From positions 1 to 64,000 of the IMG/VR virus record IMGVR_UViG_3300023273_000760: a DNA stretch of 64,000 bases; one strand, 5' to 3'. Shown one piece after another: positions 17,757-27,997 of this stretch; the first letter of the stretch is position 1, and each line of letters opens with the position of its first letter. This DNA is from a virus. The notes beneath the pieces are model-generated. The model was not told the DNA's origin, did no database searches, and worked only from the letters and a program-made list of their open reading frames with translations. The translations under genes were made by a program, and so were the position numbers.

Positions 17757-18596
17757 TTATTTTTCTTGTTCTTCTTTTAATCTTCTTTGAGCATCTGCTT
17801 CTTGACGTTCAAATTCGCCTTGCATCTGTCTAGTATAACTTGGAGTCATATCATTCATTTCAAGGATATCATCTCTAATGTTTTGATTGCGTTTTTCAAT
17901 GTTGATAACACGTACAAACGAGTTTGTAACTGCGGCAGTATAGTAAGCAAAAGGATTATCAGATTTTGATTCGTCAAACTGTAGTCCAATTTGTGCTAGT
18001 TGTAGTATGGCTTGTCCGCGCATCTCGTCATTATACGTATATCCACGAACATTACCACGAGTAGCATAACGATCACATAGTTTCATCCACATACGTGCTA
18101 GTTTTTCTGTTGCTGTACCGCCTCTAAGTGTAAAGTTGCCGTTTTCCATACCACCTGTCCAATGACTCTTACCAACGCAAATCAAATTATCCTTATCGTC
18201 AAACTTAAAGTGTTGGTACGGAGGAAAATTTAATTTAACTTTTGTATCTGCTACAGTCTTTGGATTTTTCTTACGACCTTTTTCCTCAGGAATATGATCA
18301 AATGTCATAATTCTAAAGATTAGTTCTTCTTTGGTAATTTTTTTATAATCTACTTCACATTCTGCTTGTTTAACTTTTTCACCTGCTAGTTTACGTGCGG
18401 CATAATCTGCATCACCTAGGCGCTTTGCTTTGTTACGTTTTGCTTCAGCAATAGTACGAACATTAATTTTATCCAAACTAGGCAGGATAATGTCATATTG
18501 TGCATACTCGTCGTCAGTAAAACTGCTAAAAGACGCCTTAGACTTATGAATCTCTTTCAATATGTCTTTGTTGTTTAAATAATTTACTTTTCTCAA
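17757..18596 (-). CDS. gp55: Late-transcription sigma factor, T4 gp55-like
   Basis: NYLNNKD, RGYTYNDEM, FDESKSDNPFAYYT, FVRVINIEKR; adjacent to gp47 as in T4-like phages; TTG start. Confidence 0.88.
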   Translation of the reverse strand: MRKVNYLNNKDILKEIHKSKASFSSFTDDEYAQYDIILPSLDKINVRTIAEAKRNKAKRLGDADYAARKLAGEKVKQAECEVDYKKITKEELIFRIMTFDHIPEEKGRKKNPKTVADTKVKLNFPPYQHFKFDDKDNLICVGKSHWTGGMENGNFTLRGGTATEKLARMWMKLCDRYATRGNVRGYTYNDEMRGQAILQLAQIGLQFDESKSDNPFAYYTAAVTNSFVRVINIEKRNQNIRDDILEMNDMTPSYTRQMQGEFERQEADAQRRLKEEQEK

Positions 18597-18620
18597 GATA
18601 TTTCTCCAATTTTATTCCTT

Positions 18621-18649
18621 ATTATAAACTACTCTGATAAAAAAGTCAA
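18621..18649 (-). promoter_or_regulatory. Sigma70-type promoter for gp55
   Basis: TTGACT-N17-TATAAT. Confidence 0.8.
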
Positions 18650-18668
18650 TAAATACTTATAACGAGGA
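18648..18668 (+). promoter_or_regulatory. Late promoter plus RBS unit (copy 1)
   Basis: AATAAATACTTATAACGAGGA, identical to 24523-24543. Confidence 0.75.
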
Positions 18669-18677
18669 TTACCAATT

Positions 18678-19526
18678 ATGATATTTGACGAATTTAAAAA
18701 ACCTGAAGCCGGCGGACTTTTAGATACCGCTGAACGCATCATTAAAGATGGAATCGCTGATTTCCAGGAAGGTGCTAAAGGGTTTATGAAATCAATTAGA
18801 TCACGCACTATACCTTCTGACGGTGAACCTAGCGAACTTAAACTAGCAGAAGCAAGTTGGGCAACAGATCCAGCGGGAAAAGATTGGCGTGTCAAATTAA
18901 GTATTCCTAATATTCAGTCTTATAACGAGAGTCCGTTAATTGGACAGTTGAAGAAAACTGGAGGCTTATGCTTTCCATATACTCCAACTATTATTATGCA
19001 ACATAGTGCAAACTACAATGCATTAACCCCGGTACATAGTAATTATCCGTTCTATGCTTATGAGAATTCAAGTGTGGACGCAATGACACTAACTGGTCAA
19101 TTTTATGCTCAAAACTCATTAGAAGGAGCATATTGGTTAGGATGCTTACATTACTTAAGATCTGTAACAAAAATGTTTTACGGTCAAAGTTCAAATCAAG
19201 GAGCACCACCGCCAGTAGTTAAACTAAACGGATACGGTGACTATGTTTTTAAAAATGTTCCGGTAATCATTACAAACTTTACACTAGATATGCCAACAGA
19301 TGTTGATTATATTGCAGTTAACTTAGCACAGTTAGAAAAGAACGCAAAACGCATTGCTAACACAGATACTAGCCCAGATGAAAAAGGCCAAATTGCATAT
19401 GTTCCTGTTGAAAGTCAAATTTCTGTAACACTACAACCAATATACTCTAGATCAGAAGTTGAGAAATTTAGTTTAGATGCATTTGTAAGAGGAGACTATG
19501 TTGGTAAAGATAAAGGATTCATCTAA
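18678..19526 (+). CDS. Baseplate tail-tube initiator/cap (gp48/gp54-like)
   Basis: FPYTPTI, GAPPPVVKLNGYG, NVPVIITNF tube-fold motifs; first gene of the baseplate module. Confidence 0.65.
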   Translation: MIFDEFKKPEAGGLLDTAERIIKDGIADFQEGAKGFMKSIRSRTIPSDGEPSELKLAEASWATDPAGKDWRVKLSIPNIQSYNESPLIGQLKKTGGLCFPYTPTIIMQHSANYNALTPVHSNYPFYAYENSSVDAMTLTGQFYAQNSLEGAYWLGCLHYLRSVTKMFYGQSSNQGAPPPVVKLNGYGDYVFKNVPVIITNFTLDMPTDVDYIAVNLAQLEKNAKRIANTDTSPDEKGQIAYVPVESQISVTLQPIYSRSEVEKFSLDAFVRGDYVGKDKGFI

Positions 19527-19819
19527 TGGCAAATGATTCACCCTGGGGAAAAACAAGAATATCAAGTTCAGGATATTTAGATATCTTATCTATTCGAACA
19601 GTGCCGGCTGACAATGACGATGTGCTATACGAAATTCAATCACAGTATCATCAACGTCCAGATTTATTAGCATATGATATGTACGGTTCACCGAAGTTAT
19701 GGTGGGTATATGCTCAACGTAATATGGATACGTTAAAAGATCCAGTTTATGATTTTAGAGCAGGTGTAAGCATATATGTTCCTAAAGGTAGTCGACTACG
19801 AACCTTGTTAGGAATTTAG
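19526..19819 (+). CDS. gp53: Baseplate wedge LysM-like protein (gp53-like)
   Basis: RPDLLAYDMYGSPKLWWV...N...DP...G.SIYVP. Confidence 0.8.
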   Translation: MANDSPWGKTRISSSGYLDILSIRTVPADNDDVLYEIQSQYHQRPDLLAYDMYGSPKLWWVYAQRNMDTLKDPVYDFRAGVSIYVPKGSRLRTLLGI

Positions 19820-19820
19820 T

Positions 19821-22541
19821 ATGGCAGTAAAGCAACTATACCCGTGGCAAACTGAAGAAGGTAAAAAAGAGTTTAATCAAACAGACGGACTTGATGTCTA
19901 TGATGAAGATTATACAAACCCTACACCACTTCCTAATGGATACACTAGACCAGGACAGCAATCCGACGGTACAATAGCGTTCAAACCAAACAAGTCAATC
20001 GACACTAATGCAGATGCATTATCAGTTGAATCAATAGATAACACAGAAAATAAAAAAGCAACAGATGCCGCGAAAATTTTTAAAGAAATGTCTAAAATTG
20101 AATCAGCCGTAAGAAACTTTAGTGCCACCGGCGATGGTCGAATTATTGCTCTACCTATGCCAAATGTATTAATGCCTTATGCTAGTCACTCTTACAAACT
20201 TGGATTGTATTCCTTGTCAGATCACGAACTTAATAATCCAGATGAAACATACAGAACAAACTATCCTAAAGTTGCTGTATTACAAAGCGGTGGCGGATTA
20301 GGCGATAAAAAAGTAACAACAGCATATGAGATTAACGGTAAAAGGATTGAGTTCTTTATTGATAATTTAGAAATTGAAACTATTATTTCTCCTACTAAGA
20401 AAAAAGGGGTAACTAACGCGGTTGGTTTTAGATTTGAAGTACACGAGCCTTATAGTATGGGATTGTTTCTACAGGCTTTACAAATTGCGGCACTAGAAGC
20501 AGGGCATAAAAATTATACTGAATCACCTTTTCTTTTAACAATTGACTTTGTTGGTTGGAAACAAGATGGAACACCATATTCTGTTCCAGAATCAAAACGT
20601 ATGCTTCCGTTTAAACTTGTCGGAAGTGAGTTAGCAATTAATGGCGGCGGTAGTACATATACTGTAGAAGGAGTTGCCTACAACGATGTTGTACTTACAG
20701 ACCAAGTACAGCGGTTACCGGTTGATGTTTCTATTAAAGGTAGAACAATACAATCAATGATGCAAAGCGGTCCAGGAAGTTTATCTGCCGCTCTTAATTT
20801 ACATCATACTAAAAAAGCAATTGATGACAAAGTTCTTACTGCTGATCAATACTTTATTACATTTCCTAAAACTAGAGCAACTAAAGGCAATAGCAAACCA
20901 CTTGACAGTGAAACTAAAGGTGCTAACGAACAAAGTGAAGTTGGTACAGGAAATACAATTACTTCGAGTTTAAATGAAAATAAAAAAACTAAAGAAGAAT
21001 ATGAAATGTTATGGCACGCTGTTACAAATGCAGGAAAAATTTCTCGTGAAGCATTAGAATATGTACGAGAAAAATTAAGCAGTTTAGTATCCAAAACTTC
21101 TATTGGACAAGAAATTGAAAAGAAACAAACAGGTGAACAAAATTCAAATAATATTGGAAATGCAACTGTGTTTGATCCAGAAGCATTTGGTGTTACTAAT
21201 CAACCATACGGTCTTGCAGGATTTACTTGGGATGAAGAAAATCAAATTTGGAATAGAGATAGCGGACAATTAAAAATTGATCCTGCACTTGGAGAACTTA
21301 AATTTACAAAAGGCACAAGAATACAGGATGTTATTAGTGAAATAATTATTATTTCTGATTATGGTAAAAAGATCGTTGGTGCACCATCAGACGAAAACGG
21401 ATTTAAAGAATGGTTTAGAATTGATACTCAAGTATTTCAGATCTCCGATAATGACACAGAAGATCAAATCGGCCGCAAACCTAGAATTTATGTATTCAGA
21501 GTGTTACCATACAAAGTGCATGAGTCGAGGTTTATAGCGCCAAGTGCCAATGCCGCAGGAATTAGACATCTAAAAAAACAAGTCTGTAAAAAGTATGACT
21601 ACATTTATAGTGGAGCAAATGATGATATTCTTGATTTACAACTTAACATGGATAACACATTCTTTAAAAGCATTTCTCCAGGTAACTATCCTAAAACAAG
21701 TGGTCAAGAATCTGCATCTTCAGATCAAGAAAAGAAAGATGCATTACAAACAGAGACCGGTAATAAAGAAACACTAGGGGGAGAAGGCGGACCAACAGGT
21801 GATAGTGATATGCAAAGCACAGTCGCTCTTTCCACTGGTGCTGTGTCGCCAGATGATGCTAAAATTGATATTGCCCGTAGATTTAACGAAGCCATTGTAA
21901 ACAGTGATGTTGATATGCTCACAGTTGATATGACAATCTGGGGCGACCCTTATTACATTGCAGATAGTGGTATTGGAAATTACAATTCAGAAAACACAGA
22001 ATTTATTAATCTAAGCAGTGACGGAACTATTGATTATCAAAACGGTGAAGTTGACGTGGAAGTAAATTTTAGAACACCTATTGATATTAGAGACAATGGT
22101 ATTATGGGTTTCCCTGGCGATCAAGTCGCAGTTAACCAGTTCAGTGGCTTATATCAGGTAATTAAAGTAATGAACACTTTTGCTGGAGGACAGTTTAAAC
22201 AAGTTCTTGAACTTATACGTAGAAGTAATCAACGACCTGAAGCAGAAACTGATCAATCAGACAAAACTTCTACTAAGATTACAAATGAAGAAAAGAAAAT
22301 TCAAGGACAAAAACCAAAAGAATTTGATAAGAGTCTTATTGTAGTAGATGCAGATTTAATTGACGAATATTTAAAGAACGCAAGTCCTGAAGCATTAGTT
22401 ACCGCAGGAGTAGATGTAAGTCAAATTAGAACAACTAAAAAAGTTGGTCTTCCAGTTCATGTGTATGAATCATTAGTAACAGAAGGCGGAACTGAAATTG
22501 CAAGAAAACGTCTTAATAATAGCGGCAACACAGACATATAA
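19821..22541 (+). CDS. Baseplate hub protein (gp27/gpD-like), enlarged
   Basis: Lies between gp53 and spike; MTIWGDP and FSGLYQVIKVMNTFAGGQFKQVLEL C-terminal hub motifs. Confidence 0.65.
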   Translation: MAVKQLYPWQTEEGKKEFNQTDGLDVYDEDYTNPTPLPNGYTRPGQQSDGTIAFKPNKSIDTNADALSVESIDNTENKKATDAAKIFKEMSKIESAVRNFSATGDGRIIALPMPNVLMPYASHSYKLGLYSLSDHELNNPDETYRTNYPKVAVLQSGGGLGDKKVTTAYEINGKRIEFFIDNLEIETIISPTKKKGVTNAVGFRFEVHEPYSMGLFLQALQIAALEAGHKNYTESPFLLTIDFVGWKQDGTPYSVPESKRMLPFKLVGSELAINGGGSTYTVEGVAYNDVVLTDQVQRLPVDVSIKGRTIQSMMQSGPGSLSAALNLHHTKKAIDDKVLTADQYFITFPKTRATKGNSKPLDSETKGANEQSEVGTGNTITSSLNENKKTKEEYEMLWHAVTNAGKISREALEYVREKLSSLVSKTSIGQEIEKKQTGEQNSNNIGNATVFDPEAFGVTNQPYGLAGFTWDEENQIWNRDSGQLKIDPALGELKFTKGTRIQDVISEIIIISDYGKKIVGAPSDENGFKEWFRIDTQVFQISDNDTEDQIGRKPRIYVFRVLPYKVHESRFIAPSANAAGIRHLKKQVCKKYDYIYSGANDDILDLQLNMDNTFFKSISPGNYPKTSGQESASSDQEKKDALQTETGNKETLGGEGGPTGDSDMQSTVALSTGAVSPDDAKIDIARRFNEAIVNSDVDMLTVDMTIWGDPYYIADSGIGNYNSENTEFINLSSDGTIDYQNGEVDVEVNFRTPIDIRDNGIMGFPGDQVAVNQFSGLYQVIKVMNTFAGGQFKQVLELIRRSNQRPEAETDQSDKTSTKITNEEKKIQGQKPKEFDKSLIVVDADLIDEYLKNASPEALVTAGVDVSQIRTTKKVGLPVHVYESLVTEGGTEIARKRLNNSGNTDI

Positions 22542-22550
22542 GGATTGTAA

Positions 22551-24032
22551 ATGGCAGAAACAAAGCGTACCGCAGGCAGTAAAGGTAAACTAGATCCAGG
22601 CCCGTATATTGCAAGGGTAATTAGCCACCTTGATCCTAACTTCATGGGAGGCCTTGAAGTTGAATTACTAAAAGCAACCGGCAGTGCTAACGACATTGCG
22701 GCAGACGAACAAACATTTAAAGTAAAGTATTCTAGTCCTTTCTTTGGACAAACACCTTATACTGGTCTAAGTAAAAATGAAGATTATGCATATACTCAAC
22801 AAGCGTATGGCTTTTGGGCAGTTCCACCTGATATCGGCTCAAGAGTAATTGTTATTTTTATCGAAGGCCAGCCCAATATGGGATATTACATTGCTTGCGT
22901 TCCTGACAATTATACAAATTTTACAGTTCCCGACAGGGGAGTTGCAACTAGTTATTATAGTGGACAGCCTACTATCTCAGAAGCATTTGGTTCAGCAATA
23001 ACTGGTAAACTAGTTACTGGCGAAATTAATAAAAAGAATATTCAAGACAATACAGGTACCGACCCAACAAAGTTTAGGAAGCCAATTAATCATGACTGGA
23101 TGTCTATGCTTGCACGAGCAGGATTAAACGCTGACGGTACTAGAGGATTAACATCTTCAAGTGCAAGACGCGATGTTCCTAGTATGGTAACAGGAATTAG
23201 TACTCCAGGTCCATATGATAAACGTAAAGGAAAGCCTAAAGCACCGTATGGAACAAAAGGTGCAACAGCAAATATTCCTTATAGTAGATTAGGTGGTACT
23301 AGTTTTGTAATGGATGACGGTGATGAAAATTTTACTAGAATCGGACCTGCAAGCACACATAACAAACAATTTAAAAATTCTGCACTAGGCGAAAGAGGAG
23401 GTGATCCTTCAATTCCGCATAATGAATTAACAAGAATACGCACTAGAACCGGACATCAAATTCTATTACATAATACAGAAGATTTAATCTATATTAATCA
23501 CGGTAGTGGTAATAGTTGGATTCAAATGAGTGCTAATGGCAAAATTGATATCTATTCAAAAGATTCACTAAGTGTTCATAGTGAAAATGATGTAAACTTA
23601 ACTGCTGATAGAGACATCAATATGCAAGCAGGTCGTAACATTAATTTATTAGCCAAGTCTGATATACAACTTGAAACAGATGCAAGTATTAAAACTCTAG
23701 CAGGCATTAACACACACATTACTAGCGGAGCATACAGTTACGTTAATAGTGGAGTAGACCATGTTGAAACAGCATCAAACATTCATATGAACGGTCCAAT
23801 TGCTTTACCGACAACTCCGTTGTCCACTCACGTGGTTCCTGGCGCTACCGCTACCGCTACCGCGTCTCTACACAAACGCTTGCCACAACATGAGCCTTGG
23901 GAACATCATGAAAACGTAATACCTAATGAATACACTCCTGTTAAAACTGATAGAACTACAGCAATGGACATTACAGGCTATAATGATATTGATTCAGTAC
24001 CTGATACCTTTAAAAAACAGTCGAAAAACTAA
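22551..24032 (+). CDS. gp5: Baseplate central spike (gp5/VgrG-like)
   Basis: OB-fold WAVPPDIGSRVIVIF, RTRTGHQILL, beta-helix repeats; no lysozyme motif seen. Confidence 0.8.
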   Translation: MAETKRTAGSKGKLDPGPYIARVISHLDPNFMGGLEVELLKATGSANDIAADEQTFKVKYSSPFFGQTPYTGLSKNEDYAYTQQAYGFWAVPPDIGSRVIVIFIEGQPNMGYYIACVPDNYTNFTVPDRGVATSYYSGQPTISEAFGSAITGKLVTGEINKKNIQDNTGTDPTKFRKPINHDWMSMLARAGLNADGTRGLTSSSARRDVPSMVTGISTPGPYDKRKGKPKAPYGTKGATANIPYSRLGGTSFVMDDGDENFTRIGPASTHNKQFKNSALGERGGDPSIPHNELTRIRTRTGHQILLHNTEDLIYINHGSGNSWIQMSANGKIDIYSKDSLSVHSENDVNLTADRDINMQAGRNINLLAKSDIQLETDASIKTLAGINTHITSGAYSYVNSGVDHVETASNIHMNGPIALPTTPLSTHVVPGATATATASLHKRLPQHEPWEHHENVIPNEYTPVKTDRTTAMDITGYNDIDSVPDTFKKQSKN

Positions 24033-24034
24033 CG

Positions 24035-24042
24035 GATAAATA
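24035..24042 (+). promoter_or_regulatory. Late promoter box (GATAAATA)
   Basis: 5 nt upstream of the gp25 ATG. Confidence 0.6.
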
Positions 24043-24047
24043 TTGAT

Positions 24048-24494
24048 ATGAGCACACTTGAAAAGAATACAGTTCAAACAGTTAGGATTAAAAGTAATGC
24101 TGTAGAGCCAAAACCGGTAAAACAGTCAACTTATAGAGGCCTAAGTACGGTTAATCCTGACAACGAGCAATATACTTTATATGATATTGGTTTAATTAAA
24201 CAAGATCTATTAAATCACTTTCATATTAGGCAAGGTGAAAAGTTAGAAAATCCAGAATTTGGAACAATTATATGGGACGTATTATTTGAACCAATGACTG
24301 AAACACTTAAAGAAGCCATCGTAACTGATGTAACAACCATTATTAATAGTGACCCTCGTGTTAATGCTACAAATGTTATTGTAGACCAGTACGAAAGCGG
24401 TATTCAAATCGAATGTGAGTTATCATATCTACCTTACAATATATCAGAGCAGATGAAATTTTCCTTCGACCAGAATGCTGGGTTCTTAGGTTAA
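24048..24494 (+). CDS. gp25: Baseplate wedge subunit gp25
   Basis: IKQDLLNHFHIRQGEKLENPEFG, LFEP, DPRV. Confidence 0.9.
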   Translation: MSTLEKNTVQTVRIKSNAVEPKPVKQSTYRGLSTVNPDNEQYTLYDIGLIKQDLLNHFHIRQGEKLENPEFGTIIWDVLFEPMTETLKEAIVTDVTTIINSDPRVNATNVIVDQYESGIQIECELSYLPYNISEQMKFSFDQNAGFLG

Positions 24495-24522
24495 AGAATT
24501 AAGTACTCAGTTTACGAAAACA

Positions 24523-24543
24523 AATAAATACTTATAACGAGGA
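24523..24543 (+). promoter_or_regulatory. Late promoter plus RBS unit (copy 2)
   Basis: AATAAATACTTATAACGAGGA. Confidence 0.75.
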
Positions 24544-24550
24544 ATAATAG

Positions 24551-27500
24551 ATGTCAACAACGGATAGACAGAATAGATTACTGCTTGCAGAAGACTGGAA
24601 GAGAGTATATCAAACATTTAGAAACGCAGACTTTAGGTCATATGACTTTGATAGTCTACGTAGAACAATGATCGCATATTTGCGTGAAAACTATCCAGAA
24701 GACTTTAACGATTATATTGAATCCTCAGAATATCTTGCTCTAATTGACCTTATTGCTTACCTCGGGCAAAACTTGGCATTTAGAGTAGATCTTAATGCTC
24801 GTGAAAACTTTATCGAACTTGCAGAACGTAGAGAATCCGTACTACGTTTAGCACGACTACTTTCTTACAATCCAAAGCGTAATCAAAGTGCAAATGGTTT
24901 ACTAAAGTTTGATAGTGTTTCTACAACTGAAGATATTGTAGATGCAAATGGAGTAAACTTATCAGGACAAACTATTGTTTGGAACGATCCAAGTAATCCT
25001 GATTGGTCAGAACAATTCCGTAAAATTTTAAATTCAGCATTACCAGAAAATGGTATTGTTGGCAGACCTGTTAAAAAAGGACAGGTTGACGGCATTACTA
25101 CAGAACAATATAGATTTAATGCTACAAATACTAATCTTCCAGTTTATAGTTTTAGTAAAAACGTAGGCGAAAAAAATGTAGTGTTTGAAGTAACAAGTTG
25201 TACTATTAACTCTAACACAATCTCTGAAGAAACTCCATTACCTGGTAACAGTTTAGCATTCTTATATAGAGAAGACGGTAAAGGAGCAGGTTCGTCAAAT
25301 ACAGGATACTTTGCACATTTTAGACAGGGAGTTTTAGACCAAGGAAACTTTAGTATTAAAAGCCCAATCGAAAATCAATCAGTTGCTATTGACACTACAA
25401 ATATTAATAATTCAGATGTTTGGCTTTATAAATTAGATACCAACGGCAATGAACAAGAATTATGGACAAAGGTTGATAGTGTTGAAGGTAACAATATTAT
25501 CTACAACAGTTTAAATAAAAATCAAAGAAACGTCTTTGCTGTTTTAAGTAGAATTGAAGATAGAATTAGTTTAATTTTCTCAGACGGCACGTTTGGAAAC
25601 TTACCTAAAGGAAATTTTAGATGTTATTTTAGAAAAGGCATAGGAAGTAAACTTACTATTACTCCTGATAGTATGACAAATATTAGTGTCAGTGTTCCTT
25701 ATCTAAGTGCTTCCGGTACTAACGAAGTTCTTAGCATTACTATGTCTTTAAAATATACAGTTGACAATTCAAGTTCAACTGAATCAACAAGAAGTATTAA
25801 ACAAAACGCTCCAGCAACTTACTATACACAAAATAGAATGATTACTGCTGAAGATTATAACGTAGCACCGTTAACAGTTAGTCAAGAAGTTGTAAAAGCA
25901 AAAAGTGTTAATAGAACAGCAAGCGGAGTAAGTAGGTACTTTGATTTAATTGATGCTACTGGAAAATATTCTAGCACTAACATTTATGGTAATGACGGTG
26001 CAATTTATAAAGAAGTTTTAAGCAAACGTATTAATTTTAGTTTTGCTACTAGAACAGATGTTGAAGGTCGAATTGCAAATACAATTCAACCATTATTAAC
26101 TAGTCAAGAAGTTAAGAACTTTTACTTAGGAGAGTTTCCTAAAATTTCCGCTGGCGACTTGTCTGCAAGTTGGACTCAAGTAGCATATCAAACAAATAAC
26201 TCGAGCGGATATTTAACAGATACATTAGGTATCAAATATACAACAGGTCCATTTACAGGTAGTACATTAAGATATTTAGAGCCAAATTCAATTATTAAAT
26301 TTGTTGCTCCAACAGGACAGTATTTTGATACTAAAAATCAAAACAAATTAGAAACTGGTGATGCAACACCAGATGGTGCCGTAACTTACCTTTGGACTAA
26401 AGTAGTTAGAATAAACGCCGACGGTACTGAAAACTTTGAAGATGGTACTGGCCCTATTGTGTTTAACGATGTTATTCCAACAGGCGCAATACTTAACGAA
26501 ATTAAGCCTAAGTTTGCAACTAACATTACAGACGCAGTTAGTTCACAGATGGCAGAACAAATTTTTGCATATAGAACATTCGGTCTAAGATATAATGTTG
26601 TAGACAGAGAATGGAGAATTATTTTCAATAATAACTTAAACGTTAGTAACGCATTTAATATGGGTAAAACAGGTGATACTTCAAATCAGAATTTAGATTC
26701 AAGTTGGGTGTTATTGTTTGAAACTGACGGAGAAAAATATACTATTACATACAGGGGTGTGCGTTATATCTTTGAAAGTGATAAGGAAGTTAAGTTTTAC
26801 TTCGATGAAACAGATAGAATTTATGATAGCAGAAGTGGTAAAGTTATTAGAGATAAGATTAACTTACTTTCTATTAACAAAACTCCTGATAGTGCGGCAC
26901 CATTAACTGTTGATTTTCCTTGGCAAATCACTAAAGAATATAGAGATGCTGAAGGATATATTAATAGTAAAAAAGTAGAAGTAGGGTTTTTTGATTCAGA
27001 CGATGACGGTGTTATTGATAATCCAGAATCGTTTTTACAGTTTGTTGATCCTGACACAAATCCAGATCAGAAATTTGTATTTTTAAAAGAAGTTATTAGC
27101 AATAATAAATCAACAAATTATAATTATATTAATCCTCAAGTTGAAAATATTGTTGTTAGACAAAATGAATCAGCAACAGGACCACTATCTAGTTATGACG
27201 ATGGTGTAATTTTTTACTTCATTGATGCTGATGTTTTTAAACAGTATTCGGGTACAACTTCTACACTTTCATTAGTTACAAATTATAAAGCATATGTTGG
27301 AAGAGGCGATCTTAAATTCCAATATGTACACAGTGCTGATGAAAACAATAGAATTGATCCTAGTTCAACAAATATTGTTGATACATTCTTATTAACAAAA
27401 ACATATGATAGATCATATAGAGAATATTTAACAGGTACTAGAGATACTAAACCTCTACCACCTAGCACTGATGCATTGTTCCAGAGTTTTGGAAGTTCAA

Positions 27501-27997
27501 TTAATAAGATTAAATCGATCAGTGACGAAGTAATTTACCATCCAGTAAAATATAAAATTTTATTTGGAAACAAAGCAGATTTAGATTTACAAGCAACATT
27601 TAAAGTTGTTAAGAATCCAGACATTGTTACTAATGATAACGATATTAAATTACAAATTATCAATGCTATTAATACATTCTTTAGTTTAGAATTTTGGGAC
27701 TTTGGAGACAAGTTTAGTTTTTCAGAATTGTCAACATTTATTATGACATCAACTGCTCCTAATATTAGTACAGTAGTTCTTGTTCCTAAACAAACAGACA
27801 AAGCATTTGGTAGTTTATACGAAATAACAACTGAAAGCGATGAGATTTTTATCTCAGGAGCAACAGTCGACGACGTCGAAATTATCGACAGTGTTACAGC
27901 ATCAAGGTTAAGAGCGACAGGTGCTATAACTACAACGGCTTCCAGTGGAAATGCTGGGATCCAATCTACTTCAAATAGCGGAGGAAGCAGTTACTAA
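24551..27997 (+). CDS. gp6: Baseplate wedge protein gp6-like (1148 aa)
   Basis: DFDSLR, FNDYIESS, LIDLIAY, ARLLSYNP, FSDGTFG, QNRMITAEDY. Confidence 0.85.
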   Translation: MSTTDRQNRLLLAEDWKRVYQTFRNADFRSYDFDSLRRTMIAYLRENYPEDFNDYIESSEYLALIDLIAYLGQNLAFRVDLNARENFIELAERRESVLRLARLLSYNPKRNQSANGLLKFDSVSTTEDIVDANGVNLSGQTIVWNDPSNPDWSEQFRKILNSALPENGIVGRPVKKGQVDGITTEQYRFNATNTNLPVYSFSKNVGEKNVVFEVTSCTINSNTISEETPLPGNSLAFLYREDGKGAGSSNTGYFAHFRQGVLDQGNFSIKSPIENQSVAIDTTNINNSDVWLYKLDTNGNEQELWTKVDSVEGNNIIYNSLNKNQRNVFAVLSRIEDRISLIFSDGTFGNLPKGNFRCYFRKGIGSKLTITPDSMTNISVSVPYLSASGTNEVLSITMSLKYTVDNSSSTESTRSIKQNAPATYYTQNRMITAEDYNVAPLTVSQEVVKAKSVNRTASGVSRYFDLIDATGKYSSTNIYGNDGAIYKEVLSKRINFSFATRTDVEGRIANTIQPLLTSQEVKNFYLGEFPKISAGDLSASWTQVAYQTNNSSGYLTDTLGIKYTTGPFTGSTLRYLEPNSIIKFVAPTGQYFDTKNQNKLETGDATPDGAVTYLWTKVVRINADGTENFEDGTGPIVFNDVIPTGAILNEIKPKFATNITDAVSSQMAEQIFAYRTFGLRYNVVDREWRIIFNNNLNVSNAFNMGKTGDTSNQNLDSSWVLLFETDGEKYTITYRGVRYIFESDKEVKFYFDETDRIYDSRSGKVIRDKINLLSINKTPDSAAPLTVDFPWQITKEYRDAEGYINSKKVEVGFFDSDDDGVIDNPESFLQFVDPDTNPDQKFVFLKEVISNNKSTNYNYINPQVENIVVRQNESATGPLSSYDDGVIFYFIDADVFKQYSGTTSTLSLVTNYKAYVGRGDLKFQYVHSADENNRIDPSSTNIVDTFLLTKTYDRSYREYLTGTRDTKPLPPSTDALFQSFGSSINKIKSISDEVIYHPVKYKILFGNKADLDLQATFKVVKNPDIVTNDNDIKLQIINAINTFFSLEFWDFGDKFSFSELSTFIMTSTAPNISTVVLVPKQTDKAFGSLYEITTESDEIFISGATVDDVEIIDSVTASRLRATGAITTTASSGNAGIQSTSNSGGSSY

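Noticed and set aside
23843-23863. (CGCTAC)3 microsatellite in the spike gene
   Set aside because: In-frame 6-nt unit encoding an Ala-Thr linker; cannot cause phase variation.
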